A stretch of 29,971 nt of DNA from a virus (IMGVR_UViG_3300020043_000524:1-29971), one strand, 5' to 3'; positions 14,829 through 23,680 are shown, counted from the first letter of the stretch. Translations and numbers: made by a program. Notes: generated from the sequence alone by a model not told the origin.

Positions 14829-15311
14829 ATGATTACTCAAGAAAAACTTAAAAAAATTTTCTTTCTTGATGAGTTGGGACAATTTATTCGTAAAGAAAAT
14901 TCTGGTCGTTCAAATGCTGGAGATGTAGCAAAATGCAAAGACAGAGATGGCTATGTTGTGATTGGAATAAATAAAAAAGTGTATCGTGCTCATAGACTTG
15001 TTTGGTTATATACCTATGGAGAAATGCCTCCAACGGACATTGACCACATCAATAGAATTAGAGATGACAACAGGATTGAAAATTTAAGATTGGCAACAAA
15101 ATCTGAAAATGCAAAAAATAGAAGTAAAAGAAAAGACTCATCAAATAACTACAAAGGAGTACAAAAATCTGGCAATGGTTGGATAGCAATTTTTCAAAAA
15201 GATGGCGAAAAATGTTATCTTGGCTATTTCAAGGATGAAGAATCCGCAGCAAAGGCATATCAAGAATTTGCAAAATTTACCAATGGAGAATTTGCGCCAA
15301 ATCTGTGCTAG
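14829..15311 (+). CDS. HNH homing endonuclease with AP2-like DNA-binding domain
   Basis: YRAHRLVW...IDHINRIRDDNRIENLRLAT; YKGV...W...YLGYFKDEESAAKAY. Very AT-rich. Confidence 0.9.
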   Translation: MITQEKLKKIFFLDELGQFIRKENSGRSNAGDVAKCKDRDGYVVIGINKKVYRAHRLVWLYTYGEMPPTDIDHINRIRDDNRIENLRLATKSENAKNRSKRKDSSNNYKGVQKSGNGWIAIFQKDGEKCYLGYFKDEESAAKAYQEFAKFTNGEFAPNLC

Positions 15312-15342
15312 TGTTGTAAAATTCGGGTAACTGGAGAACACT

Positions 15343-15702
15343 ATGGCTGGATTGCTTGGTACAGAACTGGAAATCTCAATCGAGATTGAAGAAGCTGAAG
15401 AATCAAAATTTGACGAGGCTGAGAACGCCAAGACCGTCAAATACATGGAAGAAACGCAGATGTACGGGCCTAAAGACCCAAGCAAGCCTTCCAGCGATTT
15501 CTGGCGTGACCTTGCCAATTACTGGCGCATTGCCCCCGATCAAGCCAAGCGCAAGCTGTGTTCTAACTGCGAATACGGTGATGTAAGCCCCGAAACCAAA
15601 GAAATGTATGGTGACGAGGCTGTTTACTGCAAAAAATTTGAATTTGCTTGCAACGAGAACAAAACTTGCAAACGATGGGGAGCCGATCATGGGAACGACT
15701 AA
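15343..15702 (+). CDS. Conserved hypothetical Cys-containing protein
   Basis: GGAG RBS and upstream TAAAAT. CSNCEY...YCKKFEFAC...TCKRW. Confidence 0.7.
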   Translation: MAGLLGTELEISIEIEEAEESKFDEAENAKTVKYMEETQMYGPKDPSKPSSDFWRDLANYWRIAPDQAKRKLCSNCEYGDVSPETKEMYGDEAVYCKKFEFACNENKTCKRWGADHGND

Positions 15703-15823
15703 TCAGCAACCAATGACCTCCAAAGAGGCCAAGAAACTGGCTGAACAAGCCCGTAAGCAAGCCGAGTCCAAGGGCTGGCAATCAATGGCTTACAAGTTTT
15801 CTGCTCCGAAAGGCAAGAAATGA
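15689..15823 (+). CDS. Small basic protein
   Basis: MGTTNQQPMTSKEAKK...; GGGAG RBS. Confidence 0.55.
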   Translation: MGTTNQQPMTSKEAKKLAEQARKQAESKGWQSMAYKFSAPKGKK

Positions 15824-15981
15824 AGATGACCAAAAAAGGCGAAGCCAAGATGGGCAAAGTCATGGGTGAATACAAGGAAGGCAAGCTGAAGTCTTCCTCT
15901 GGTCAAAAGGTCAAAAGCCGGGATCAGGCCGTGGCAATTGCTATTTCAGAGGCTGCCAAAAAGATGGGACGCTCCAAATGA
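15820..15981 (+). CDS. Small basic protein, DUF6496-like
   Basis: KMGKVMGEYKEGKLKSSSGQKVKSRDQAVAIAISEA. Confidence 0.7.
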   Translation: MKMTKKGEAKMGKVMGEYKEGKLKSSSGQKVKSRDQAVAIAISEAAKKMGRSK

Positions 15982-16133
15982 ACGGTCTATATGCCAACAT
16001 TGCAAAAAAGCGTGACCGCATTGAAAAGCAGAAAGACGCTGGCAAGACCCCTGAGCGCATGAGAAAGCCCGGAAGTAAGGGTGCGCCAACTGCTGCTGCT
16101 TTCAAGGCTGCGGCTAAGACTGCCAAAAAATGA
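15978..16133 (+). CDS. Small Lys/Ala-rich protein
   Basis: MNGLYANIAKKRDRI...MRKPGSKGAPTAAAFKAAAKTAKK. ATGA coupling. Confidence 0.7.
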   Translation: MNGLYANIAKKRDRIEKQKDAGKTPERMRKPGSKGAPTAAAFKAAAKTAKK

Positions 16134-16381
16134 TTAAGCGCGGCAAAGAGTCGTTCTCTGGCTACAACAAGCCAAAGGCAACGCCAAGTCACCCGACCAA
16201 GAGCCATGCTGTATTGGCTAAGTCTGGTGACGATGTAAAGCTGATTCGCTTTGGTCAACAAGGCGTAAAAGGTTCTGCGGATGGCTCAAAGCGCAACGAG
16301 GCGTTTAAAGCCCGTCACGCTGAGAACATTGAAAAAGGCAAGATGAGCGCGGCTTATTGGGCAAACAAGGTTAAATGGTGA
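16130..16381 (+). CDS. Conserved basic hypothetical protein
   Basis: KLIRFGQQG...FKARH...SAAYWANKVKW. Confidence 0.7.
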   Translation: MIKRGKESFSGYNKPKATPSHPTKSHAVLAKSGDDVKLIRFGQQGVKGSADGSKRNEAFKARHAENIEKGKMSAAYWANKVKW

Positions 16382-16388
16382 GGTAGAT

Positions 16389-17876
16389 ATGGCTGATGGA
16401 ATCCGGGCAACGCCTTACAGATACGCTTCCGCTGGCGCAGCAAACGACATTATTGGCGGCTTGCTTGGCTACCTGCGTGATCCCCGCCGTACACAGCAAA
16501 TGCAAGGCTTGGCTGGATTGCTGGAAAGCACAGGGATTCCAAAGACCGTGGAGCGTTTGGCCTACGGTGAGCCACTGACAAACCTCCAGCAAGCAAACGT
16601 GCCAACACTACGCCCAGAGACTGCCGAGGCGCTTCTGACGCTGCTGCCAGTACCATCTGGCGCAAGCAGGGCGGCAAGGGCTGCCGACCCTCTTGTCCAA
16701 AGATACGGGCCAAGATTGGAGCAATCCCTGCAACCAGTAGTTGAGGCCGCTTATAACCGTGGCGGATTGACCCGTGAGATGGTTGAGGCTATGGGAGCGA
16801 ATACGCAAAGCAACGTGTATCGCCCATCAACCCCATTAAAACCAGACCCCACTGTTGGGACTCGCTTTGAGCGAGAGTTTATGGGTGGCTTGGCAGAGAA
16901 GACCCCACTCAAGCTAGAAGACTACCAAGGCGCAAGTGTGATGCTGATGCCTTGGGACAGCACAAGCCGGAACTATAAGATCACAGGCATCTCAGACGAG
17001 TCTTTGCTTAATCCAGTGATTACTCACGGTGGTCAGGACTATGCGCGAGACTTGTCGCACATTGAGCAGGGCATTGCTGGCGCATCCAATCTTGGCATCG
17101 CAAAGCGTATCCGGGATCGTGATGCTATCGCCCGGATGGAAAACATCAACGCTGGCGGCACTGGTGAGATTCTTCATCTGCCAATCACAATGGGGCCGGG
17201 GTCTGAGAACTTCTCAGTCATGCCAACAGAAATCCTTTTGAACTTTGCAGATCGCGCAAATCTCAAAAAGTCGGAAATCAAAGAATTTGATGACAGCATC
17301 AGAAACTTTAAAGTCGCTAAAGGCTCAGGAGAAAAGAGAAAAATCGTCCAGCCATTCAAAGGTTTTAAGGGAATTATGAGTGAAGAAGGCCGAATCCAGA
17401 TGTATTCTGGCGAAGGCATTGACTCCACCGCTGGAGAACTCCGCAAAGCAATCGCTGACCGCTTCTACATGAAGGGCAACCAAGAGAGATTTGGCTTTAA
17501 CGCAGAAGACGTAAGCGCAGCCCTAACAGACGAGGCGCTGCTCGGAGTGCCAAAGGGTTATGTGGGCAACACGGTCATTATGACCACCCCAGAGGGTATG
17601 CACTTGCGCCCATCAACCAATCGGACATACAACACAGACTTCACTGGTCAGTATCAGGGAACCTTGGGACAAAGCATCCCAGCAGAAGTTCTGATGGCTG
17701 AGAAGTTTGGCCTGTTGTCAGACGAGTTCGCAGGTAAAACAGGCGACATCCGAAACATGGCTATCGGCGCTCTTGAAAAGCGCAAAGAGGGTGTTTCTCA
17801 AATCATTGATGAGCCAATGATCGAACGCTACTACCGCTACCTGACAGAGCAAAAGCGTCAAGGATTGCTGGACTGA
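16389..17876 (+). CDS. 495-aa protein of unknown function upstream of terminase (possible virion-delivered effector)
   Basis: GAGG RBS. Low-complexity GLL-containing N-terminus followed by a globular C-terminal region with no motif I recognise. Confidence 0.75.
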   Translation: MADGIRATPYRYASAGAANDIIGGLLGYLRDPRRTQQMQGLAGLLESTGIPKTVERLAYGEPLTNLQQANVPTLRPETAEALLTLLPVPSGASRAARAADPLVQRYGPRLEQSLQPVVEAAYNRGGLTREMVEAMGANTQSNVYRPSTPLKPDPTVGTRFEREFMGGLAEKTPLKLEDYQGASVMLMPWDSTSRNYKITGISDESLLNPVITHGGQDYARDLSHIEQGIAGASNLGIAKRIRDRDAIARMENINAGGTGEILHLPITMGPGSENFSVMPTEILLNFADRANLKKSEIKEFDDSIRNFKVAKGSGEKRKIVQPFKGFKGIMSEEGRIQMYSGEGIDSTAGELRKAIADRFYMKGNQERFGFNAEDVSAALTDEALLGVPKGYVGNTVIMTTPEGMHLRPSTNRTYNTDFTGQYQGTLGQSIPAEVLMAEKFGLLSDEFAGKTGDIRNMAIGALEKRKEGVSQIIDEPMIERYYRYLTEQKRQGLLD

Positions 17877-18016
17877 AGCGAAAGCAACGCCGACTGAAGG
17901 TTATGAATCGCATCCTCATAGAACACAGACAAATCATCATCAGACAAAGAAAGCGCCTCATCGTCTAACTCAATGTCAATGACATATTCTGTCGGCTTAT
18001 TTACTACAATTTTCAT
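17858..18016 (-). CDS. 52-aa acidic protein, antisense, convergent on the 495-aa gene
   Basis: MKIVVNKPTEYVIDIELDDEALSLSDDDLSVFYEDAIHNLQSALLSLQSSNP. AGGAG RBS. Own promoter. Confidence 0.65.
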   Translation of the reverse strand: MKIVVNKPTEYVIDIELDDEALSLSDDDLSVFYEDAIHNLQSALLSLQSSNP

Positions 18017-18038
18017 GTCTTTCTCCTGTGGATGAAAC

Positions 18039-18081
18039 ATTATGATAGAGTTGAGTAAGTAAGCCATAGTGGTAAACCCTA
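18039..18081 (-). promoter_or_regulatory. Box promoter: TAGGGTTTACCACTA, 22 nt, CATAAT
   Basis: Box at 18067-18081 and -10 at 18039-18044 on the minus strand. Confidence 0.6.
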
Positions 18082-18112
18082 ACCTTGACCAACCTACGGG
18101 AGTCAAACCAAG

Positions 18113-18451
18113 ATGAATAAATTACAAGCAGGAAATCCTGACAACTTAACGAACCGAGGCCGAGGAAGGCCACCGGGAAGCGTTAACAAGGCCACCAAGA
18201 CGTTTAGAGAGACTGTCAGTAGGTTGCTAGAGGATAACGCTGAAAATGTCTCTAAGTGGCTTATAGAGGTTGCCGAGGGAAGTGTCGAGAAAGAACTGAA
18301 AGCAGATCCCAAGGGCGCTTTGACACTTCTGGCTCAGATGGCTGAATACGCCACTCCAAAGCTGAACCGCACTGAGATGACTGGTGACGGTGGTGGGCCA
18401 GTAGAGGTTTCGGGCATTCAAATCAAGCTGGTCAAGCCGAATGAATCTTGA
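18113..18451 (+). CDS. terS: Terminase small subunit
   Basis: GRGRPPGSVNKAT...EYATPKL...EMTGDGGGPV. Directly upstream of terL. Confidence 0.75.
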   Translation: MNKLQAGNPDNLTNRGRGRPPGSVNKATKTFRETVSRLLEDNAENVSKWLIEVAEGSVEKELKADPKGALTLLAQMAEYATPKLNRTEMTGDGGGPVEVSGIQIKLVKPNES

Positions 18452-19691
18452 ACTGGACTTCCCTGAAAAGCTGGGATTCCTGTTTGAGCCGCACCGATAC
18501 AAGATTCTTTATGGTGGCCGTGGGTCTGCCAAGTCTTGGTCGGTTGCTAGGGCATTGATCGCCATTGCCGTACAGAAACAAACCCGAATCCTTTGCGCTC
18601 GTGAGTTGCAGAACTCTATCTCTGACTCTGTGATTGCTCTGCTGGGTGACCAGATCAAGGCTATGAATCTGGAGTCCTTCTTTGACGTACAGCGCACAGC
18701 CATCTACGGCAAGAATGGCTCAGAGTTCAGTTTTTCTGGCCTGAAGCACAACGTCACCTCAATCAAGTCCTTTGAGGGTGTAGACATCTGCTGGATAGAA
18801 GAAGGCCAAGCGGTATCTAAAGTGTCGTGGGAAACGCTGATTCCAACTATCCGAAAGCCTGACTCCGAGATATGGGTGACGTTTAACCCCGACCTAGACA
18901 CAGACGAGACTTACAAGCGTTTTGTGGTCAACCCTCCTGCAAGCGCAAAGATCGCCAAGGTTAACTGGTCAGACAACCCGTGGTTTCCACAAGTCCTGAA
19001 GGATGAACTGGAAGACCTAAAGGCCAAGAACGTGGATTCTTACCTGAACGTCTGGGAAGGGCACACACGCCAGATGCTGGATGGTGCTGTGTACGCCAAC
19101 GAACTGAGGAAGGCCCAAGAGGACAACCGGGTGCGCGAGCTAATCATTGACAAGTCAATCCCTGTGCAGACTTTCTGGGACTTGGGATGGGCTGACATGA
19201 CCTCAATCTGGTTCGTTCAGGTGATTGCCGGTGGCGAGGTCAGGGTGATCGACTTCTATCAGAACTGCCAGAAAACCATTGACCACTACGCTCAGGTCTT
19301 GCAGGACAAGGGCTACATCTACAAGGATTGGTGGCTGCCGCACGATGCCGAGCATAAGAATATGACGGGCAAGTCTGTCAAGGATATTCTTGAGGGCATG
19401 GGTAAGCCTATCCGAATCACGCCAAAGCTGTCTGTTGCTGACGGTATCAACGCAGCCAGAACACTGATGAACCGAGCATTCTTTGACGAGACAAGATGCG
19501 CTGATGGCTTGCAGAACTTGCGCCATTACCGCTATGACGTTGACCCGAACACAAAGATGTTCAGCAACAAGCCACTGCATGACCAGCACTCACACGCTGC
19601 CGATGCTTGGCGTTATGTGGCCGTGGGCCTTGACGAGAATGTCGGGACTTGGGGCAAATCTATCAACAAACCAGCAAAGTGGGTGGTCTAA
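18441..19691 (+). CDS. terL: Terminase large subunit (PBSX/Terminase_3 type)
   Basis: Walker A GGRGSAKS, Walker B WIEEGQ, TFNP, nuclease WDLG...D and HAADAWRY. Confidence 0.95.
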   Translation: MNLELDFPEKLGFLFEPHRYKILYGGRGSAKSWSVARALIAIAVQKQTRILCARELQNSISDSVIALLGDQIKAMNLESFFDVQRTAIYGKNGSEFSFSGLKHNVTSIKSFEGVDICWIEEGQAVSKVSWETLIPTIRKPDSEIWVTFNPDLDTDETYKRFVVNPPASAKIAKVNWSDNPWFPQVLKDELEDLKAKNVDSYLNVWEGHTRQMLDGAVYANELRKAQEDNRVRELIIDKSIPVQTFWDLGWADMTSIWFVQVIAGGEVRVIDFYQNCQKTIDHYAQVLQDKGYIYKDWWLPHDAEHKNMTGKSVKDILEGMGKPIRITPKLSVADGINAARTLMNRAFFDETRCADGLQNLRHYRYDVDPNTKMFSNKPLHDQHSHAADAWRYVAVGLDENVGTWGKSINKPAKWVV

Positions 19692-19853
19692 ATGTTTATG
19701 ATGCGACAAGGTGATATTTCTAATGCCAAGCGGGTTGACGAACTTGAAAAGCGGGTGGAAATGCTTGAAAATGTGGTAAAGCAGTTACAATTGTCCGAAC
19801 GCCCAAAGGTCGGGCGACCAGCAAAGGTCAAAGATGAGCCAGAACGAACTTAA
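19692..19853 (+). CDS. Small coiled-coil protein with GRP (AT-hook-like) tail
   Basis: RVDELEKRVEMLE...RPKVGRPAK, between terL and portal. Confidence 0.6.
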   Translation: MFMMRQGDISNAKRVDELEKRVEMLENVVKQLQLSERPKVGRPAKVKDEPERT

Positions 19854-21981
19854 AGCTGCGGTTCAAGCCGCGATTGATGACTCCATCGGATTCATTGAAA
19901 GCGAAACAGTTGAAATGCGTAAACAGGCTTTGCAAGCCTATTTGCGTCAGCCCTACGGAAACGAAGTAGAAGGCAAGTCTTCAATCGTTACTGGTGAAGT
20001 TGCAGAGGCTATTGATGGCGCTTTGCCAGCACTGATTCGCATCTTCACCGGCTCTGACGAAATCGTGGTGGCTGACCCTGTTGGCCCCGGCGATGAGGCT
20101 GGTGCAAAGCAAGCGACAGACTACCTCAATCACATCTTCCTCAAAGACAATCCCGGTGTCATCATCATGCATGACTGGTTCTTTGATGCGTTGCTGCAAA
20201 AGAACGGCATTGTCAAAGCTGTCTGGGAAGACAAAGAAGACGTTACCAAAGAGACTTACGAAGGTCTGTCTGATGACGAACTGGCAATGATGCTTCAAGA
20301 TGAAAGCATTGAAGTCGTTGAGCAAGACACTGTAACCAATCCAATTGTTGACCCGATGGGCAATCCTGTCTTTGATGAGATGGGCGTTGCTGCCACTTAT
20401 GGCATCCATGATGTCACCATCAAAAAGGTGGAGAAGTCAGGCAAGGTCAAGATTTCCAACATCCCGCCTGAAGAGTTCCTGATGGCAAAGGCTGGCCGCA
20501 CTGTGAAGGATTCTCCTTTCGTTGCACACCGCCGAATGATTACCCGCAGCGAACTGATCGCAATGGGCTTTGACGAAAAGATCGTGAACAGCTTGCCAAC
20601 AGGCGATGCTTTGGCTTACACGCCTGAACGTGTAGCCCGATTCTCTCCCGGTGAACAGCCATACGACACAGAGCCAAGCGACTCTTCAATGCAAGAGATT
20701 GAAGTGTTTGAGTGCTACATTTATTACGATGCCGATGAAGATGGTATTGCTGAGTTGCACCAAGTCTTCTACGCTGGCAACGACATTCTGAGTGATGAAG
20801 AAACGGACTATGTGCCGTTTTACTCTGTTTGCCCTCTGCCAATCCCGCACAAGTTCTTTGGTAACTCACTGGCTGACCGCACTGTTGACTTGCAACTGAT
20901 TAAGACAACTGTTACCCGTCAGATGTTGGACAATATGTATTTGACCAATAACAGCCGAGTCACCGCTGTTGAAGGCCAAGTCAACCTTGACGATTTGCTG
21001 ACCTCTACTGCTGGTGGCGTTATTCGCACCAAGTCTCCCGGTGCTGTTCAGCAGTTGGTTGTGCAGAACATGGCACAGCAATCTTTCCCAATGCTGCAAT
21101 ACTTGGACTCTGTTCAGGCCAAGCGCACAGGTGTGACTGAGTTGTCACAAGGTCTTGACCCCAACATCTTGCAGAACGTGACTGCCGCAGCCGTGGCATC
21201 CATGCAGCAAGCTGGCTCTGGCAAGATTGAGTTGATCGCCCGTATCTTTGCCGAATCAGGCGTGAAAGAGCTGTTTGAAGGCATCATGCACTTGGTCAGC
21301 CAGTACCAGCAGAAAGAGCGCATCATTCGCTTGCGCGGTACTTATGTCACTGTCGATCCCCGCACATGGGCCAACAAGTTTGACATCTCAATTAACGTGG
21401 GCTTGGGCAACGGCAACCGTGACCAGCAGATGGCAATGCTCCAGATGGTGATGGCAAAGCAAGAGCAGATGATTGGGCAATATGGCCCCGCCAACCCGTT
21501 CGTGAGCTTTGGTCAGTACCGTGGCACTCTTGGCCGTATGGTCGAGGCTGCTGGCTTCAAAGACTCCGCTGAGTTCTTCAAGCCAATCAGCCCTGAGCAA
21601 GACCAGCAGTTCTCCAATCCACCTCCTCAACAAGAGCCGCCAATGTCGCCAGAAGTTCAGGCTTACATGGCAAAGACTCAGGCTGAGATTCAAGCGCAAC
21701 AGGCTAAGTTTCAAGCCGATATGCAAATGCAGCAAGCCAAGATGCAAGCTGATATGCAGTTTGAGCGAGAGAAGGCCGCCCTTGAGTTGCAGCTTCAGCG
21801 TGAGAAAGCCGCTGCTGAACTTGAAATCATGCGCGAGAAAGAAGCGTCCAAGTTGCAACTTGAGCGTGAGAAAATGAATATGCACTTCTTGATGAAGCAG
21901 CAAGAGTTTGAAGCAGAAGCGCAACTGAAGGCCATGAAGGTCGGCGCTGGCATCACATCAAACGTGGAAATTCCGGGGTGA
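19834..21981 (+). CDS. Portal protein (P22/SU10-like) with long Gln-rich C-terminal barrel helix
   Basis: 715 aa after terL. DALLQKNGIVK, PHKFFG, RQMLDN motifs. Q/E/A coiled coil at the C-terminus. Confidence 0.9.
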   Translation: MSQNELKAAVQAAIDDSIGFIESETVEMRKQALQAYLRQPYGNEVEGKSSIVTGEVAEAIDGALPALIRIFTGSDEIVVADPVGPGDEAGAKQATDYLNHIFLKDNPGVIIMHDWFFDALLQKNGIVKAVWEDKEDVTKETYEGLSDDELAMMLQDESIEVVEQDTVTNPIVDPMGNPVFDEMGVAATYGIHDVTIKKVEKSGKVKISNIPPEEFLMAKAGRTVKDSPFVAHRRMITRSELIAMGFDEKIVNSLPTGDALAYTPERVARFSPGEQPYDTEPSDSSMQEIEVFECYIYYDADEDGIAELHQVFYAGNDILSDEETDYVPFYSVCPLPIPHKFFGNSLADRTVDLQLIKTTVTRQMLDNMYLTNNSRVTAVEGQVNLDDLLTSTAGGVIRTKSPGAVQQLVVQNMAQQSFPMLQYLDSVQAKRTGVTELSQGLDPNILQNVTAAAVASMQQAGSGKIELIARIFAESGVKELFEGIMHLVSQYQQKERIIRLRGTYVTVDPRTWANKFDISINVGLGNGNRDQQMAMLQMVMAKQEQMIGQYGPANPFVSFGQYRGTLGRMVEAAGFKDSAEFFKPISPEQDQQFSNPPPQQEPPMSPEVQAYMAKTQAEIQAQQAKFQADMQMQQAKMQADMQFEREKAALELQLQREKAAAELEIMREKEASKLQLEREKMNMHFLMKQQEFEAEAQLKAMKVGAGITSNVEIPG

Positions 21982-21984
21982 TTT

Positions 21985-23391
21985 ATGAACTATCAAGAAC
22001 TCACAAACATCCTTGGTAAAAATCAAAATGCCTTTTCTGGTGTTGTTCCAGCAAATGTGAGAGCCCCGTCTATTGACCAGATCATCTCTGGCATCTCCAG
22101 TCAGTACCAGCCAATTAATCTTGGGTCTTATGGGCCTTCTGTTGGTGGCGCAAGCCGGTACATCACTGGATCGCCTAGCTTTGGCGACATTGAGCAAATT
22201 CCAGAATATGGACGATTGAACCAGATTTCTGGCCCTTCTTTTGTTCCTGCGGCTTTTGATAAAAGTGTTTATGAAGGGATCAACAATCAGAAGCTATCTG
22301 ACTTGATTTCTCAGATTGACTCTGGTGTCCCGTTTGAATCTTACGGAGGTTTCGGTGGTAATTCTGGATCTAATAGTGTCTCTGTTGATGATGCTGGATT
22401 GGCAACATCTTCTAACATAGGAACAACAGGCGTAAGCATTGGCGCAATGGCTCTTGGCGCTATGACTGGTTTGCCGCTTGGTCTAATCTCTAATGTTGTT
22501 GGTAAACAGAACATTGCCAATGCAATCAACAATCAAAGCAATGCACAAGCTGCTGCGTTTAATCAGGCGCTTGTAGCCGCACAAATGGGGCTGGCAAACA
22601 CTCCTGCAAACGCTGCTGCACTGGCTGCTGCTGTTGATTCATTGTCTGCTGCAAACCAGTCAACTCCTGCCGCAGTATCTGCCGCACAAGCTGCTCAAGG
22701 AGCTACTGGCGCGACTGGTGGATCTGCTGCCGCTGCCGCTGCTGCTGCTTCTGCCTCTGCCGCTGCTGCTGGACACTCCGATGCAGCTATTGGGGCCGCT
22801 GCACAAGCTGCTGCTGATGCCGCTATTGGTGGTGCAAGTGCTTCTGCTGCTGCTGCCGCCGCTGCTGATGCCGCCAATGCCGCAGCCGCTGATGCCGCTG
22901 ATGCAGACGGTGGTGGTCTTGGAACTGCTTCATCTGCTGCCGCCGATGCCGCTGCTTCTGGTGTAGCTGCTGCCGATGGTGTTGGCATGGATGGAATGGG
23001 TGTTGGAAATATTGGTTCTGAGTCTGGTGGAGGTGGTGGAGGCGGTGCAAAGATTATCTGCACCAAACTCCATGCGCTTGGTTTGATGCCGACAAACATC
23101 TACGAAGCCGATCAAGCATTTGGCAAGAAGCTGGTTTCTGAATCTCCAGAGACATATTACGGGTATGTTCGTTGGGCACAACACGTTGTTGATCTGATGG
23201 GCCGAGATGATTTGCTGGGCAAGACAGCAGTGTTTTGCAGCTACCACATTGCAACGCCTTGGTCTTTAGCTATGGCTGAAGAGATGGGCCAGCCAGTTAA
23301 GGCATCTTGGTTTGGCAAGTTCTTGATGAAGCGTGGTCTTCAGTTCTGCAAATTCATTGGCTCCAAAAACAAAGAAATGGCACTTTCCTAA
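21985..23391 (+). CDS. Ala/Gly-rich low-complexity virion-associated protein with C-terminal KIICT domain
   Basis: Poly-Ala tract, Gly linker, then KIICTKL...IYEADQAFG...YYGYVRWA. Confidence 0.7.
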   Translation: MNYQELTNILGKNQNAFSGVVPANVRAPSIDQIISGISSQYQPINLGSYGPSVGGASRYITGSPSFGDIEQIPEYGRLNQISGPSFVPAAFDKSVYEGINNQKLSDLISQIDSGVPFESYGGFGGNSGSNSVSVDDAGLATSSNIGTTGVSIGAMALGAMTGLPLGLISNVVGKQNIANAINNQSNAQAAAFNQALVAAQMGLANTPANAAALAAAVDSLSAANQSTPAAVSAAQAAQGATGATGGSAAAAAAAASASAAAAGHSDAAIGAAAQAAADAAIGGASASAAAAAAADAANAAAADAADADGGGLGTASSAAADAAASGVAAADGVGMDGMGVGNIGSESGGGGGGGAKIICTKLHALGLMPTNIYEADQAFGKKLVSESPETYYGYVRWAQHVVDLMGRDDLLGKTAVFCSYHIATPWSLAMAEEMGQPVKASWFGKFLMKRGLQFCKFIGSKNKEMALS

Positions 23392-23630
23392 TGGACAAAA
23401 AAATTCAGGCTGAGTGGGCCAACAATCTGCTGAAAGATGACTTTTTCATAAAAGTCATGGATGATTTGAAAAATCAGCAGATTAGTGTGATAATTAACAC
23501 AAATCGAGATGAGATTACAGAGCGCGAGGCCGCTTATAGTCACATCAAGACACTTGATCTGTTCCTTGGACACTTGCAAGGCATTGCCGCAGAAACCAAG
23601 ATTCAGGAAAAGAAGTGGAAGATTCTGTGA
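23391..23630 (+). CDS. Small head-associated hypothetical protein
   Basis: MDKKIQAEWANNLLKDDFF...REAAY. TAATG coupling. Precedes the scaffold. Confidence 0.7.
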   Translation: MDKKIQAEWANNLLKDDFFIKVMDDLKNQQISVIINTNRDEITEREAAYSHIKTLDLFLGHLQGIAAETKIQEKKWKIL

Positions 23631-23680
23631 GGAAACTCACCCGCAGTCCAGACGGTTTCTGGCGAAAACTGAGATAACAA

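Noticed and set aside
21700-21930. Gln/Glu-rich quasi-repeats at the portal C-terminus
   Set aside because: Expected coiled-coil barrel of P22-like portals; not novel.
22634-23099. Alternative-frame Leu/Pro-, Gln/Arg- and Ala-rich ORFs, and a possible repeat array
   Set aside because: By-products of GCT/GCC poly-Ala codons. No constant repeat with unique spacers, so not CRISPR.
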